From the NCBI GenBank assembly GCA_965206695.1, contig CBDBKM010000005.1, positions 73,244 to 137,243 on the forward strand: a stretch of 64,000 nucleotides of DNA. The letters are read 5' to 3'. Both the position numbers and the translations under genes were made by a program. This document shows positions 9,737 to 20,066 of this stretch, in pieces (the first letter of the stretch is position 1; each line of letters opens with the position of its first letter). The notes under the pieces were generated by a model, which saw only the letters and a program-made list of their open reading frames with translations, was not told the DNA's origin and ran no database searches. Source of the stretch: Chlamydiales bacterium. Its GTDB lineage: Bacteria > Chlamydiota > Chlamydiia > Chlamydiales > JAAZZY01.

Positions 9737-9944
9737 AATTACCTCAAAATTATACTGTCATCAAGTATCTGTAATATAGGATTTTCAAGAAAGTCTTTTT
9801 TTTAGAAATATTTTTATAGTCTTTACATTACGATTTGGTCTTTTGCCAAATTCTTGTGTAGTAAGAACTCTCGTGCTATGATTTATCTTTTACTCAATTG
9901 ATGGCAATAACATATTTATAAAATGACCGGAAGAGCACTCTTTT

Positions 9945-10865
9945 ATGACACAACCTACTAAAGAAAATAGCAAACCAACATGCTTTGTCACTAAACTGGA
10001 TCTGAATTTAACCGATAAGTTAAAACATGATTTAGAAAATCAAAGATTTACTTTTACACAACCCCCTTATTCTATCTTTTCTGCTAAAAAAAAAGGCCTT
10101 TCTGTTACTCTTTATGAATCCGGAAAATTAATGGTTCAAGGAAAAGCCATAGCTGAATTTATGGAATTTTATCTGGAACCTGAGATTCTTAATTCTTTTA
10201 ACTACAGCCACCCCGAAGCTTATGTAGATAAGCAACCGCGAATAGGGGTTGATGAGGCCGGTAAGGGAGATTTTTTTGGTCCTTTATGTGTTGCAAGTGC
10301 TTATGCCGATTCGGAGCAAGTAATAAAACTAGTTAAACTGGGTGTTAAAGATTCTAAGACCATGTCGGATAAAAAGGTTCTTGATATGGCTAAAATCATC
10401 CGATCATTATGTGTCCATCACACCATTCGTATCGGTCCTGAGAAATATAATGAGCTATACCAAAAATTCGGTAACCTCAATCACTTACTCGCTTGGGGAC
10501 ATGCAACCTGTATCAAAGAACTTGTCGAAAAAACGGCATGCACCAATGTGATCATTGATCAGTTTGCTTCAAAAACTATCGTCCCTCAAGCTTTGAAACG
10601 CTACCAACTAGAAGTAATGTTAACTCAAAGACACCGAGCTGAAGAAGATGTTGTCGTAGCAGCAGCAGCTTGTTTAGCAAGAGCTGCCTTTTTAGAGAGG
10701 CTTGCCGCATTAGGTAAACAATTTGAGATTGAATTACCAAAAGGTGCTTCTCAAAAAACTATCCAAACAGGTATTAAAATAGCACGTAAGCTAGGTCCTG
10801 ATGGACTGGCAAAAGTATCGAAAAAGCATTTCAAAACTTTTGATGATGTGATGCAACAATGCTAA
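9945..10865 (+). CDS. rnhC: ribonuclease HIII
   Basis: GVDEAGKGDFFGPLCVA catalytic motif, DSK motif, and an N-terminal extra domain of about 90 aa typical of RNase HIII. 306 aa. Confidence 0.9.
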   Translation: MTQPTKENSKPTCFVTKLDLNLTDKLKHDLENQRFTFTQPPYSIFSAKKKGLSVTLYESGKLMVQGKAIAEFMEFYLEPEILNSFNYSHPEAYVDKQPRIGVDEAGKGDFFGPLCVASAYADSEQVIKLVKLGVKDSKTMSDKKVLDMAKIIRSLCVHHTIRIGPEKYNELYQKFGNLNHLLAWGHATCIKELVEKTACTNVIIDQFASKTIVPQALKRYQLEVMLTQRHRAEEDVVVAAAACLARAAFLERLAALGKQFEIELPKGASQKTIQTGIKIARKLGPDGLAKVSKKHFKTFDDVMQQC

Positions 10866-10933
10866 AAGAACTTCGTATCAACAATATTATTCTCATTGAA
10901 AAAGTGATGATCCCTTTCGAAAAAGGATTCAAT
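10859..10933 (+). pseudogene. recN: recN, 5' fragment (25 codons) cut by an IS
   Basis: MLKELRINNIILIEKVMIPFEKGFN is the canonical RecN N-terminus. It is truncated exactly at the IS5-like inverted repeat AGACTTCTTTCGAAA. Confidence 0.7.
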
Positions 10934-11539
10934 AGACTTCTTTCGAAATGCATCATATGAATTCCAAATTATAAATTCCCGCAATAAGATTGAACCGCAA
11001 AGCAAACCTTTTTCGTCTATTTCGATAACGACCGGAAATGATTTTAAAGCGTTTGATCACTCCTGTCACATTGTCATTCAAAACACGTTCCCTTGATAAA
11101 TGTCTATTATTTTTCTTATCTTCTTTAGTTAGAGGCTTCTTCTTACTTTTCTTTTTTGGCATATTGGTATTAGCATGAAGCTTTTTTAATCCTTGATATC
11201 CCGTATCCGTTAATACGCTTATTCCCGGATGAATTTTTATTTTTGATTCCTTAAACAGTCTACAGTCATGTCTCCTACCATTAAAAAATGCAGTACAAAT
11301 AATCTGTCGTGTTTTTTTATCTACTATAACCTGAGTCTTTAAGGTATGCTTTTTCTTTTTCCCCGAGTAGAATTTTTTTTGGGCCTTTCAACGGCTGTTT
11401 CCGTGGCATCTATTAAAATAAGCTCATATACCGAATCGTTTTTTAAAAGTGCTTTACGACCGGGTAAAGCAAAATCAGAGTGCTTAATTAAGTGTACCTT
11501 CAACCCACTTTATACTTTTATAAGCACTGCTTTCACTTA
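10932..11539 (-). mobile_element. IS5-family element, copy 1 (truncated; continues at 12477-12514)
   Basis: Terminal IR (T)AGACTTCTTTCGAAA. ORF 10953..11162 (MPKKKSKKKPLTKEDKK...NRRKRFALRFNLIAGIYNLE) is homologous to 12532..12795. It is split by the IS630 at 11540-12474. Confidence 0.7.
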
Positions 11540-12474
11540 TAGTCATTTAATTTTACATTGATAAGATTGCTTGATCAATGGCGAATTTAAAATTCGTAAC
11601 TTTTCGTAATATCTCTCTAACTTTATTTTTCATATTAGCCCAATATTTTTCTATAGGATTTAAGTCCGGAGAATATGGAGGAAGAAACATAAGCTTACAA
11701 CCGGCAGATTCTACTATTTTCCTGCTTTCCGCTGACTTGTGAAAACCGGCATTGTCAAGAATAAGAACACTACCGGGTGTAAGCTGAGGAGTCAAAACTT
11801 CCTTAAGCCAAATATTGAATAACCCGGTATTACAAGTACCTTCAAAACACATTGGAGATAAAAACTGCCCTTTAGATAGGGCTGAAATAATATTTTGCCT
11901 TATAAAGCGGTTTCCTGAAACCGCTCCAAAAACTTTTTTGCCGCGTAAGCTTCTTCCGGACTCACGAAATAAAAATTGATGAATCCCGGTTTCATCGAGA
12001 TAAATTCTCTTGTCAAAGGGAATATTTTTTAAATTTTTCATAAAAGCTTCCCGTTTCTTTTCATCTCTTTCCTTATAGCGAGTAGTTTTTTTTTTCGTGT
12101 AATTTTTAATCTTTTAAGGGCATAAAAAATCGTTTGCGGAGTGACTGAAAAATAATCAGCAATTTCCGATAAAAAATAATCCGGATGTTTTTCTACATAT
12201 TTAGATAACAACTCATCATCTAATTTCTTATAAGCATATTTTCTGCGGATTGGCTTTAAATGTCCTTTTTGCTTTTTTTGCAAGATCCATCGATATATTG
12301 TTGCGATACCTACTTGAAAAATATGGCCGGCTGTTTTTTTATCATGATGTTTTTCTATATGTTGTAATACTTTCTCTCGAAGATCTACTGAATAGGCTCT
12401 AGGCATTGTTTTGTCCTTACTGTTTGTATAAAAAAAGAAGGATAACATATTATCAAATAAAAATTAAAATACTA
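11540..12474 (-). mobile_element. IS630-family IS (third lineage), copy 1
   Basis: Imperfect IRs TAGTCATTTAATTTTAC / TAGTATTTTAATTTTTA. It is flanked by TA on both sides and inserted into the IS5-like copy. It is near-identical to 13750-14685. Confidence 0.85.
11553..12406 (-). CDS. IS630-family transposase, two frames separated at an A10 tract
   Basis: HTH part (MPRAYSVDLREKVLQHIE...) ends 12038. DDE part 11553..12041 carries YLDETG, LILDNAGFHKS and PPYSPDLNPIEKYW. The coding-strand A10 run (12076-12085) needs a -1 shift or slippage to fuse the frames. Confidence 0.8.
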
Positions 12475-12514
12475 TATACCGGAACTTTGACTGATATGAA
12501 AATAGGTCCTATAT

Positions 12515-13420
12515 TAGACTTCTTTCGAAACTCATTGTGCCAACTCCAAATTGTAAATGCCGGCAATTAGATTAAAACGAAGAGCAAACCTTTTACGCCT
12601 ATTTCCGTAACGATCAGTTATAATCTTGAATCGCTTTAAACGGGCAATGACATGTTCATTGAGAACTCGTTCTTTGGAAAGCTGTCGATTGCGTTTCTTA
12701 TCATCTTTAGTCAATGGCTTCTTTTTACTTTTTTTCTTTGGCATTTGGGTCTTAGAGTGAATATCTTGTAGACCTTGATATCCGGTATCAGTCAATACAT
12801 TTATTTCCGGACGGATTTGTATTTTTGACTCTTTGAATAATCTGAAATCATGTAGCTTGCCATTCGAGAATGCCGTACAGATTACTTATTGCGTCTTCTT
12901 GTTCACAACAATCTGAGTTTTTAGCGTATATTTTTTCTTTTTTCCTGAGTAAAAATACTTCTGTTTCTTTTTGGCCTTTCAATACGCGTTTCTGTTGCAT
13001 CGATTAAAATAACGTCATATTCAACATCGCTCTTTAGAAGAGCTTTGCGTCCGGGCAAAAAGAAATCAGGGTGCTTGATTAATGTATCCTCGACCCACCT
13101 TACAGTTTTATAGGCAGTACTCTCACTAACACCGTAACTTTGACTCACATGGAAATAAGTCCCGTATTCTCGGATATATTCCGGAGTCATAAGCAGCATA
13201 TCCTTTATGCTTAGTTTGTTCTTCCTACCACCTTTAACTTTTTTGAGTTTGTTCGATTCTTCTAAAATCAACTGCATCCTATCAAATGTAGCTTTCTTAA
13301 TGCCCGTTAGCCGACGAAATTTTTCGTCGTCTAAACTTTTAACTGTTTCAAACTTCATGTTATCCTCACTTATTTTAACAAGAACATTATTATCAAAAAA
13401 TTAGTTTCGAAAGAAGTCTA
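12515..13420 (-). mobile_element. IS5-family element, copy 2 (both ends present, transposase frameshifted)
   Basis: Perfect IR of 16-19 bp (TATTAGACTTCTTTCGAAA). ORFs 12921..13358 (HTH, LIDATETRIERP) and 12532..12795 (TDTGYQG, NRRKRFALRFNL) lie in different frames. Confidence 0.8.
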
Positions 13421-13749
13421 ATAATCAAATGGCCCGGGTTACGCTATTACAAAAAATTGGTCCTTTATTGATTGATATGATAGCACAACATGCCAATCAG
13501 GATTTTACCCATGTCGATACTCATCGAGATATCCTTGATACATTTGCCAATCTCTCAGACCTTAAAAAACAAGTTCAAGATGAGTTTTTAAAAGAGAAGG
13601 TGTTATCCAAAGAATTATCTATCCTCATAGAAAAGAAAAAAGAAAGCCTTTTAAAAAAAGATATTCTAATCAAACAATTAAAAGAGCCGGAAAATGCCGG
13701 GTTAAAAAAGAATGAAGAAGAAACCCTATTTTCTGAATTTACCAAATTA
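13421..13749 (+). pseudogene. recN: recN, internal fragment
   Basis: RVTLLQKIGPLLIDMIAQHANQDFTHVDTHRDILDTFA matches the RecN region ...LVDIHGQHEHQxLL...LLD. It continues into coiled coil (LKKNEEETLFSEFTKL). It is bounded by IS5-like and IS630 insertions, and the Walker A part and C-terminal half are absent. Confidence 0.65.
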
Positions 13750-14685
13750 TAGTCATTTAATTTTACATTGATAAGATTGCTTGATCAATGGCGAATTTAA
13801 AATTCGTAACTTTTCGTAATATCTCTCTAACTTTATTTTTCATATTAGCCCAATATTTTTCTATAGGATTTAAGTCCGGAGAATATGGAGGAAGAAACAT
13901 AAGCTTACAACCGGCAGAGTCTACTGTTTTCCTGCTTTCCGCTGACTTGTAAAAACCGGCATTGTCAAGAATAAGAACACTACCGGGTGTAAGCTGAGGA
14001 GTCAAAACTTCCTTAAGCCAAATATTGAATAACCCGGTATTACAAGTACCTTCAAAACACATTGGAGATAAAAACTGCCCTTTAGATAGGGCTGAAATAA
14101 TATTTTGCCTTATAAAGCGGTTTCCTGAAACCGCTCCAAAAACTTTTTTGCCGCGTAAGCTTCTTCCGGACTCACGAAATAAAAATTGATAAATCCCGGT
14201 TTCATCGAGATAAATTCTCTTGTCAAAGGGAATATTTTTTAAATCTTTCATAAAAGCTTCCCGTTTCTTTTCATCTCTTTCCTTATAGCGAGTAGTTTTT
14301 TTTTTTCGTGTAATTTTTAATCTTTTAAGGGCATAAAAAATCGTTTGCGGAGTGACTGAAAAATAATCAGCAATTTCCGATAAAAAATAATCCGGATGTT
14401 TTTCTACATATTTAGATAACAACTCATCATCTAATTTCTTATAAGCATATTTTCTGCGGATTGGCTTTAAATGTCCTTTTTGCTTTTTTTGCAAGATCCA
14501 TCGATATATTGTTGCGATACCTACTTGAAAAATATGGCCGGCTGTTTTTTTATCATGATGTTTTTCTATATGTTGTCATACTTTCTCTCGAAGATCTACT
14601 GAATAGGCTCTAGGCATTGTTTTGTCCTTACTGTTTGTATAAAAAAAGAAGGATAACATATTATCAAATAAAAATTAAAATACTA
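13750..14685 (-). mobile_element. IS630-family IS (third lineage), copy 2
   Basis: Same ends as copy 1, with TA flanks at 13748-13749 and 14686-14687. It is one nt longer than copy 1 (A11 versus A10). Confidence 0.85.
13763..14617 (-). pseudogene. IS630-family transposase, frames fused by an A11 tract but with a premature TGA
   Basis: ORF 13763..14494 reads straight through ...ITRKKKTTRYKERDEKKREAFMKDLKNIP.... Upstream, codon 14576-14578 is TGA where copy 1 has TTA (Leu). Confidence 0.8.
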
Positions 14686-14687
14686 TA

Positions 14688-14793
14688 AGTTAAATGAACA
14701 TACCGTTAGAATCTATATACAGAATCAAAAAAACAAATAGACACTTTCATCCCGGTGCTAAAGCAAGGGGTTTTCTCGCTTTATTGTCATAAA
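14688..14793 (-). repeat. IS605 tnpA 3'-end plus LE hairpin scar
   Basis: Encodes ...LNEHTVRIYIQNQKNK* (the IS200 TnpA C-terminus), followed by CATCCCGGTGCTAAAGCAAGGGGTTTTCTCGCTTTATTGTCATAAA as in the LE of copies at 39616 and 44576. Confidence 0.65.
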
Positions 14794-15081
14794 GAAGATT
14801 GCTCTGCATTTGAATGTATTGATTTTTGCATCTTCTTTATAATTAACCATTTTTTTATTTTAATTGTATTATAGAAAAAATTTAATTAAAATCGGAATAA
14901 AAAACCTGTCACTAATAATCTATTAACATTAAAAAATTGAAATAATAACTATTATATTGTTAAGAGATTCAACACATTAGTTTATCTGCTTAATATTATC
15001 ATTCTTTTTAAATGTATTGGGTAAGGTATAGGTTGCAATTTTCCAATAATACCCTTAATAATAAAATTGGAGGCAGGTAAA

Positions 15082-17493
15082 ATGGAAAATAACGATCCCC
15101 CGGGACATCCGGGTATTACACCTAGATGGACATCTAGTCGTAAAAGTGGGATTGGTAAGACTATATCTTATAAAAACTCGATATGGTTTACCATTTCGCA
15201 TGGTATTTTAAATGAAGTCTATTATCCGACAGTCGATAATCCTAATATCAGAGATTTGGGTTTTTTGGTAACAAATGGAACTGATTTCTTTTCAGAAGAG
15301 AAAAGGGATACCGATCATGAAACCACTTATATTAAAACGGGTATACCTGCCTATAATTGTATCAATACCTGTAAGCAAGGGCGCTATCGAATACATAAAA
15401 CCATTTTCCTAAATCCTCATAATAATTCTTTAGTACAGGAAGTATTTTTCGAAACTCTTAAAGGAACGCTAAAAGATTATAAGCTTTATGCCCTACTGGC
15501 TCCTCATGTTCAAGGTCAAGGGAGTGGTAATGATGCTTGGATTACCGATTTCAAGGGACTGCCTATATTCTATGCTTCTAAATTTCATTCTTTTTTAGCT
15601 ATGGCTTGTGAACCTTACTTTATTGCGGGAAGTTGCGGGTATGTTGGCACCAGTGATGGTTATTTAGATATCCAAGCTAATAAAAAACTCACTAACTTTT
15701 ATTCCGAAGCACGAGATGGCAATGTTGCGATAACAAGTGAAGTAGACCTTCCGGCAAATGAAGGTAGATTCACTATCGCTCTTTCCTTTGGATCTACTTA
15801 TTCTGATGCAGGAAGACAAGCTAAAGGAACCTTAATTTGTAAAAACTATGATCTTCTTAAGCTCTATATGACCGAATGGGATAGAACTCTTGAAAAATAT
15901 AGAACCTTAGGTATTACAGATCCGGAAGTCGAACGACTGTATCGCACTTCTTTAATGGTTTTAAATGTTCACCGCGGCAAAAATGCTGATGGATGTGTCA
16001 TTGCCGGCTTATCTATTCCTTGGGGATCAAACAAAGGAGATAATGATCTGGGCGGCTACCATTTAATATGGCCAAGAGATTTAGTCGAAATAGCCGGTGG
16101 CTTTGTAGCTGTTGGTGATTTAGAAAATGCTCGCAAAATTTTATATTATTTATCCGGCATACAAGAAGCAGATGGTCATTTTGCACAATGTCTTTGGCAT
16201 GATGGATACCCATACTGGACCAATATCCAAATGGACGAAACAGCCCTGCCTATTCTTTTAGCAAATTGCCTTAAACATGCCGGTGCTCTGGATTGGATTG
16301 ATGCTTGGCCATTAGTATCAAAAGCTGCTGCTTATCTTGCCTGCAATGGTCCGGTAACACCACAAGACCGATGGGAAGAAGATGGAGGATATACTCCGTT
16401 TACGCTTGCAGCGGAGATTGCTGCCCTTTTAGCCGCTGCTGATTTTTTTGAAGATAAAGAGTTACACGATACGGCTACTTATTTAAAAGAGTTAGCCGAT
16501 AATTGGAATAGTAATATTGAAAAATGGACTTATAGAACCAATACGGAATTAACTAAACAAGCCGGAGTGGAAGGCTACTATGTCCGTATCACTCCGGACA
16601 AGAATCATTCGGTTGAATCCGCAGAAGATGAGATTATTGAAGTAAAAAATCGCCCTCCTGATCATCGATTTAACCCGGCTTCTGATATTATTAGCACAGA
16701 TGCTCTTGCCTTGGTTCGTTTTGGGTTAAGAAGAGCCGATGATCCTCACATGATCAATACCGTTAAAGTTATCGATACAGTACTAAAAACAGAAACCAAA
16801 AAAGGGGTTTCATGGCGTCGCTATAATGAAGATGGCTATGGTGAACATGAAGATGGAAGCCCTTTCGATGGAACAGGAATAGGTCGCAGTTGGCCTCTAT
16901 TAGTTGGCGAACGGGCTCATTATGAACTAGCCAAAGGAAACCCGGAGGAAACCAAACGTCTATTAGCAGTGATGACAAAACAGGCAGGTATGAACTCTTT
17001 AATTTCGGAACAAATTTGGGATACTGACGATATTGAAGAAAAATCATTAATAAATGGAGAACCTACTTTAGGGGCACAACCTCTTGTTTGGGCTCATGCC
17101 GAATATATCAAACTATTACGCTCCATTCAGCAAGGAAGTATTTTCGATACGCCAACTCAAACCACTCAACGTTATCTAATCGAAAAGACAGGGTCGGATA
17201 TCGCAATTTGGCGTTTTAATCATAAATGTCATTGTATAGCAGAAGGCAAGAAGTTACGCGTCGAGACGACTAATCCGGCCAAAGTTAAATGGTCTATTGA
17301 TGGTGGTAAAACGGAAAATGAACTCGATACAAAAGACACCCTTTTAGGGATTTACTACGTTGATTTGCCAACAGAAAACCTTAACAAGTCTCAAACATGT
17401 CAATTCACTTTTTATTGGATTGAAAGTAATAAATGGGACAAAGAAATATTTACTGTAACTATTCACTCCAAGGAGGATACAACATGCAATTAG
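15082..17493 (+). CDS. GH15 glucoamylase/glucodextranase-like glycoside hydrolase
   Basis: About 800 aa with an N-terminal beta-sandwich domain plus an (alpha/alpha)6 domain. Motifs YHLIWPRD, PQDRWEEDGGYTPFTLAAEIAAL and SEQIWD. RBS GGAGG lies upstream of ATG 15082. Confidence 0.88.
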   Translation: MENNDPPGHPGITPRWTSSRKSGIGKTISYKNSIWFTISHGILNEVYYPTVDNPNIRDLGFLVTNGTDFFSEEKRDTDHETTYIKTGIPAYNCINTCKQGRYRIHKTIFLNPHNNSLVQEVFFETLKGTLKDYKLYALLAPHVQGQGSGNDAWITDFKGLPIFYASKFHSFLAMACEPYFIAGSCGYVGTSDGYLDIQANKKLTNFYSEARDGNVAITSEVDLPANEGRFTIALSFGSTYSDAGRQAKGTLICKNYDLLKLYMTEWDRTLEKYRTLGITDPEVERLYRTSLMVLNVHRGKNADGCVIAGLSIPWGSNKGDNDLGGYHLIWPRDLVEIAGGFVAVGDLENARKILYYLSGIQEADGHFAQCLWHDGYPYWTNIQMDETALPILLANCLKHAGALDWIDAWPLVSKAAAYLACNGPVTPQDRWEEDGGYTPFTLAAEIAALLAAADFFEDKELHDTATYLKELADNWNSNIEKWTYRTNTELTKQAGVEGYYVRITPDKNHSVESAEDEIIEVKNRPPDHRFNPASDIISTDALALVRFGLRRADDPHMINTVKVIDTVLKTETKKGVSWRRYNEDGYGEHEDGSPFDGTGIGRSWPLLVGERAHYELAKGNPEETKRLLAVMTKQAGMNSLISEQIWDTDDIEEKSLINGEPTLGAQPLVWAHAEYIKLLRSIQQGSIFDTPTQTTQRYLIEKTGSDIAIWRFNHKCHCIAEGKKLRVETTNPAKVKWSIDGGKTENELDTKDTLLGIYYVDLPTENLNKSQTCQFTFYWIESNKWDKEIFTVTIHSKEDTTCN

Positions 17494-18501
17494 GGATGAT
17501 CGGCTTAGGCCGTATGGGCGCAAATATTGTAAGACGTCTAATAAAAAAACGGCCACACTTGTGTTGTCTTTGATACCAATGAAAAAATGAGAGAAGACTT
17601 AGCTAAAGAAGGCGCTATACCGGCGACTTCTATAAAAGATTTTGTCGGTAAATTAGAAAAGCCCAGAGCCGCTTGGATGATGATACCCGCAGCTCTTACA
17701 GAAGAGTTAGTAAAAGAGATTTCTCAATATTTAGAAGAAGGTGATATTCTCATTGATGGGGGTAATTCATATTTTAGAGATGATCGACGTCGATCAGAAT
17801 CATTAAAACCAAAAGGCATTCACTACATAGACTGTGGAACAAGTGGTGGAGTTTGGGGATTAGAACGCGGCTATTGCTTAATGATCGGCGGTAATAAAGA
17901 AGCAGTTGAACATTTAGATTCTATATTCAAAACCATTGCTCCCGGAAAAGGAGATGTGGCACTGACACCCGGACGAAAACAGCTCGGCGATACAGCAGAA
18001 GATGGCTATTTGCGCTGTGGGGAGTCCGGAGCGGGTCATTTTGTAAAAATGGTTCATAATGGTGTGGAATACGGGATCATGGAAGCTTTTGCTGAAGGAT
18101 TTGATATTTTAAGTAATGGTGATTGTGATATTCAGAAAAAGGAAGAGGATGCAGAAACAGCTCCTAGTCTTAATAAAGACTTAGATTACACCATTAATGT
18201 TGCAGATGTAGCTGAAGTATGGAGACGAGGTAGTGTAGTAGGAGCCTGGCTATTGGATTTAGCTGCGGAAGCTTTAGCTGAAAATCCGGATTTATCAAAT
18301 TATACAGGTCGAGTCTCGGATTCAGGAGAAGGTAGGTGGACAATCATGGCAGCGATAGAAGAGGCTGTCTCAGCCGAAGTACTAACAGCTGCGTTATATG
18401 CCAGATTCCGTTCACGAAAAGAACATACTTTTGCAGAAAAAATATGCTCTGCTATGCGATTCAAGTTTGGTGGGCATATTGAACGTGCGTCCGGTGGTTG
18501 A
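17484..18501 (+). pseudogene. gnd: 6-phosphogluconate dehydrogenase (short GntZ/YqeC-like form), single +1 frameshift in an A7 tract (or a sequencing error)
   Basis: AAGGAGGA RBS, then [21 protein letters not shown] (Rossmann fold). This joins ORF 17587..18501 ([17 protein letters not shown]..., [16 protein letters not shown]) if one A is removed from 17543-17549. The start overlaps the glucoamylase stop. Confidence 0.85.
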
Positions 18502-18530
18502 TTAATTTATACTTATCTAAGGTGATACTC

Positions 18531-20066
18531 ATGGCGAAAAAGGAAGAGAAAAAGAAAAAAATAATGGAAAACCCTGTGCATCGTCCTGAAGGACCATGTA
18601 TAATTGTTATATTCGGAGCATCAGGCGATCTAACCAAACGTCTTTTAATGCCGGCTATTTATAATTTATTTACTCATGAAGCACTTCCTGAACAGTATTT
18701 TATAATAGGCACCTCAATGGACAAAATGGATACCTCCTCGTTTAGAAAGAAAATCGGGGATAATTTAAATGAATACGGCACTCAAGAATTTGATAGTCAT
18801 GCTTACTCAGAATTTTCTAAAAACCTTTTTTACTATACTTCCAAATTTGATGAAAAAAGTTGTTACGATAATCTGAAAAAAAAGATCGACGAAATAGACA
18901 AACAAAATAACTGCAAATCGAAACTTCTTTTCTATTTAGCCATATCCCCTGCCATTTTTGAATTGGTATCGGATAATTTAAGTGATAATGGTTTTAGTAA
19001 AATGGAAGACCGAAACCCAAAATTAATTCTGGAGAAACCCTTTGGAAGAAATTTAGATAGTGCCCTAAAATTAAATGCTGCTCTTCATAATAATTGGGAA
19101 GAAAAACAAATTTGGCGCATTGATCATTATTTGGGAAAAGAGACCGTTCAAAATATTTTAGCTTTTCGATTTGGTAATGGGATCTTTGAGCCTCTCTGGA
19201 ATCGCAATTACATCGATCATGTTCAAATTACTGTTGCTGAAACAGTAGGAGTTGAAAAAAGAGGTAGCTATTATGACCATGCCGGTGCTTTGAGAGATAT
19301 GATACAAAATCACTTATTACAAGTGGTCAGTTATATTGCTATGGAACCTCCTAATGCTTTTAATGCCGAGACCATTCGCAATGCTAAAATAGAAGTACTA
19401 AATGCAATAAAGATAATGACACCTGAAGAGGTCTTCCAAAATACGGTCCGTGGACAATATGGACCGGGAAAAATAGGGAAAGAAAACAAGGTTGCTTATC
19501 GAGATGCAGATGATGTCGACAAGCAATCAATAACTGAAACATTTGTAGCTGCTAAACTTAATATCGATAATTGGCGTTGGTCGGGCGTGCCTTTCTTTTT
19601 ACGCACAGGCAAACACCTTTCTAAACGGTACGCTGAAGTGGTTATCAATTTTAAAAAAGCGCCTAAACAACTATTTGCAACATCTAAGTCAAAAGAAATC
19701 TATACAAATGAATTACGTTTTTTACTGCAACCCAAACAAGCTATTGAATTAGTACTAAAAGCAAAAGTCCCCGGTGAAAAGATGACTCTACAACCTGTTA
19801 AAATGCATTTTGACTATAAAGAAGCCTTTCACACTGAAAGAGGGACGGGGTACGAAGTCTTGCTCTATGATTGCCTTGTCGATGACCCAACACTTTTTTC
19901 TCGAAGCGATTTAGTCGAACAAGCCTGGAAAATTGCACAGCCTATGCTTGATATCTGGTCATCATTACCTCCGGGCGATTTTCCGAATTATGCATCCGGT
20001 TCGTGGGGCCCGGATGCAGCTAATGACTTGATTCAAAGAGAGGGAAGGGAGTGGAGACATCTATGA
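18531..20066 (+). CDS. zwf: glucose-6-phosphate 1-dehydrogenase
   Basis: Motifs FGASGDLTKR, EKPFG and RIDHYLGKE. The ATG at 18531 is preceded by AAGGTGA. Confidence 0.95.
   Translation: MAKKEEKKKKIMENPVHRPEGPCIIVIFGASGDLTKRLLMPAIYNLFTHEALPEQYFIIGTSMDKMDTSSFRKKIGDNLNEYGTQEFDSHAYSEFSKNLFYYTSKFDEKSCYDNLKKKIDEIDKQNNCKSKLLFYLAISPAIFELVSDNLSDNGFSKMEDRNPKLILEKPFGRNLDSALKLNAALHNNWEEKQIWRIDHYLGKETVQNILAFRFGNGIFEPLWNRNYIDHVQITVAETVGVEKRGSYYDHAGALRDMIQNHLLQVVSYIAMEPPNAFNAETIRNAKIEVLNAIKIMTPEEVFQNTVRGQYGPGKIGKENKVAYRDADDVDKQSITETFVAAKLNIDNWRWSGVPFFLRTGKHLSKRYAEVVINFKKAPKQLFATSKSKEIYTNELRFLLQPKQAIELVLKAKVPGEKMTLQPVKMHFDYKEAFHTERGTGYEVLLYDCLVDDPTLFSRSDLVEQAWKIAQPMLDIWSSLPPGDFPNYASGSWGPDAANDLIQREGREWRHL

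Noticed and set aside
11346-13404. ORFs 11346..11561(+) and 13207..13404(+)
   Set aside because: They are antisense to IS5-like transposase fragments.
16013-17556. Antisense ORFs 16013..16213, 16769..17047 and 17344..17556 (-), plus 20170..20355 and 20860..21066 (-)
   Set aside because: They are nested antisense within strongly supported glucoamylase, gnd and glk coding regions.
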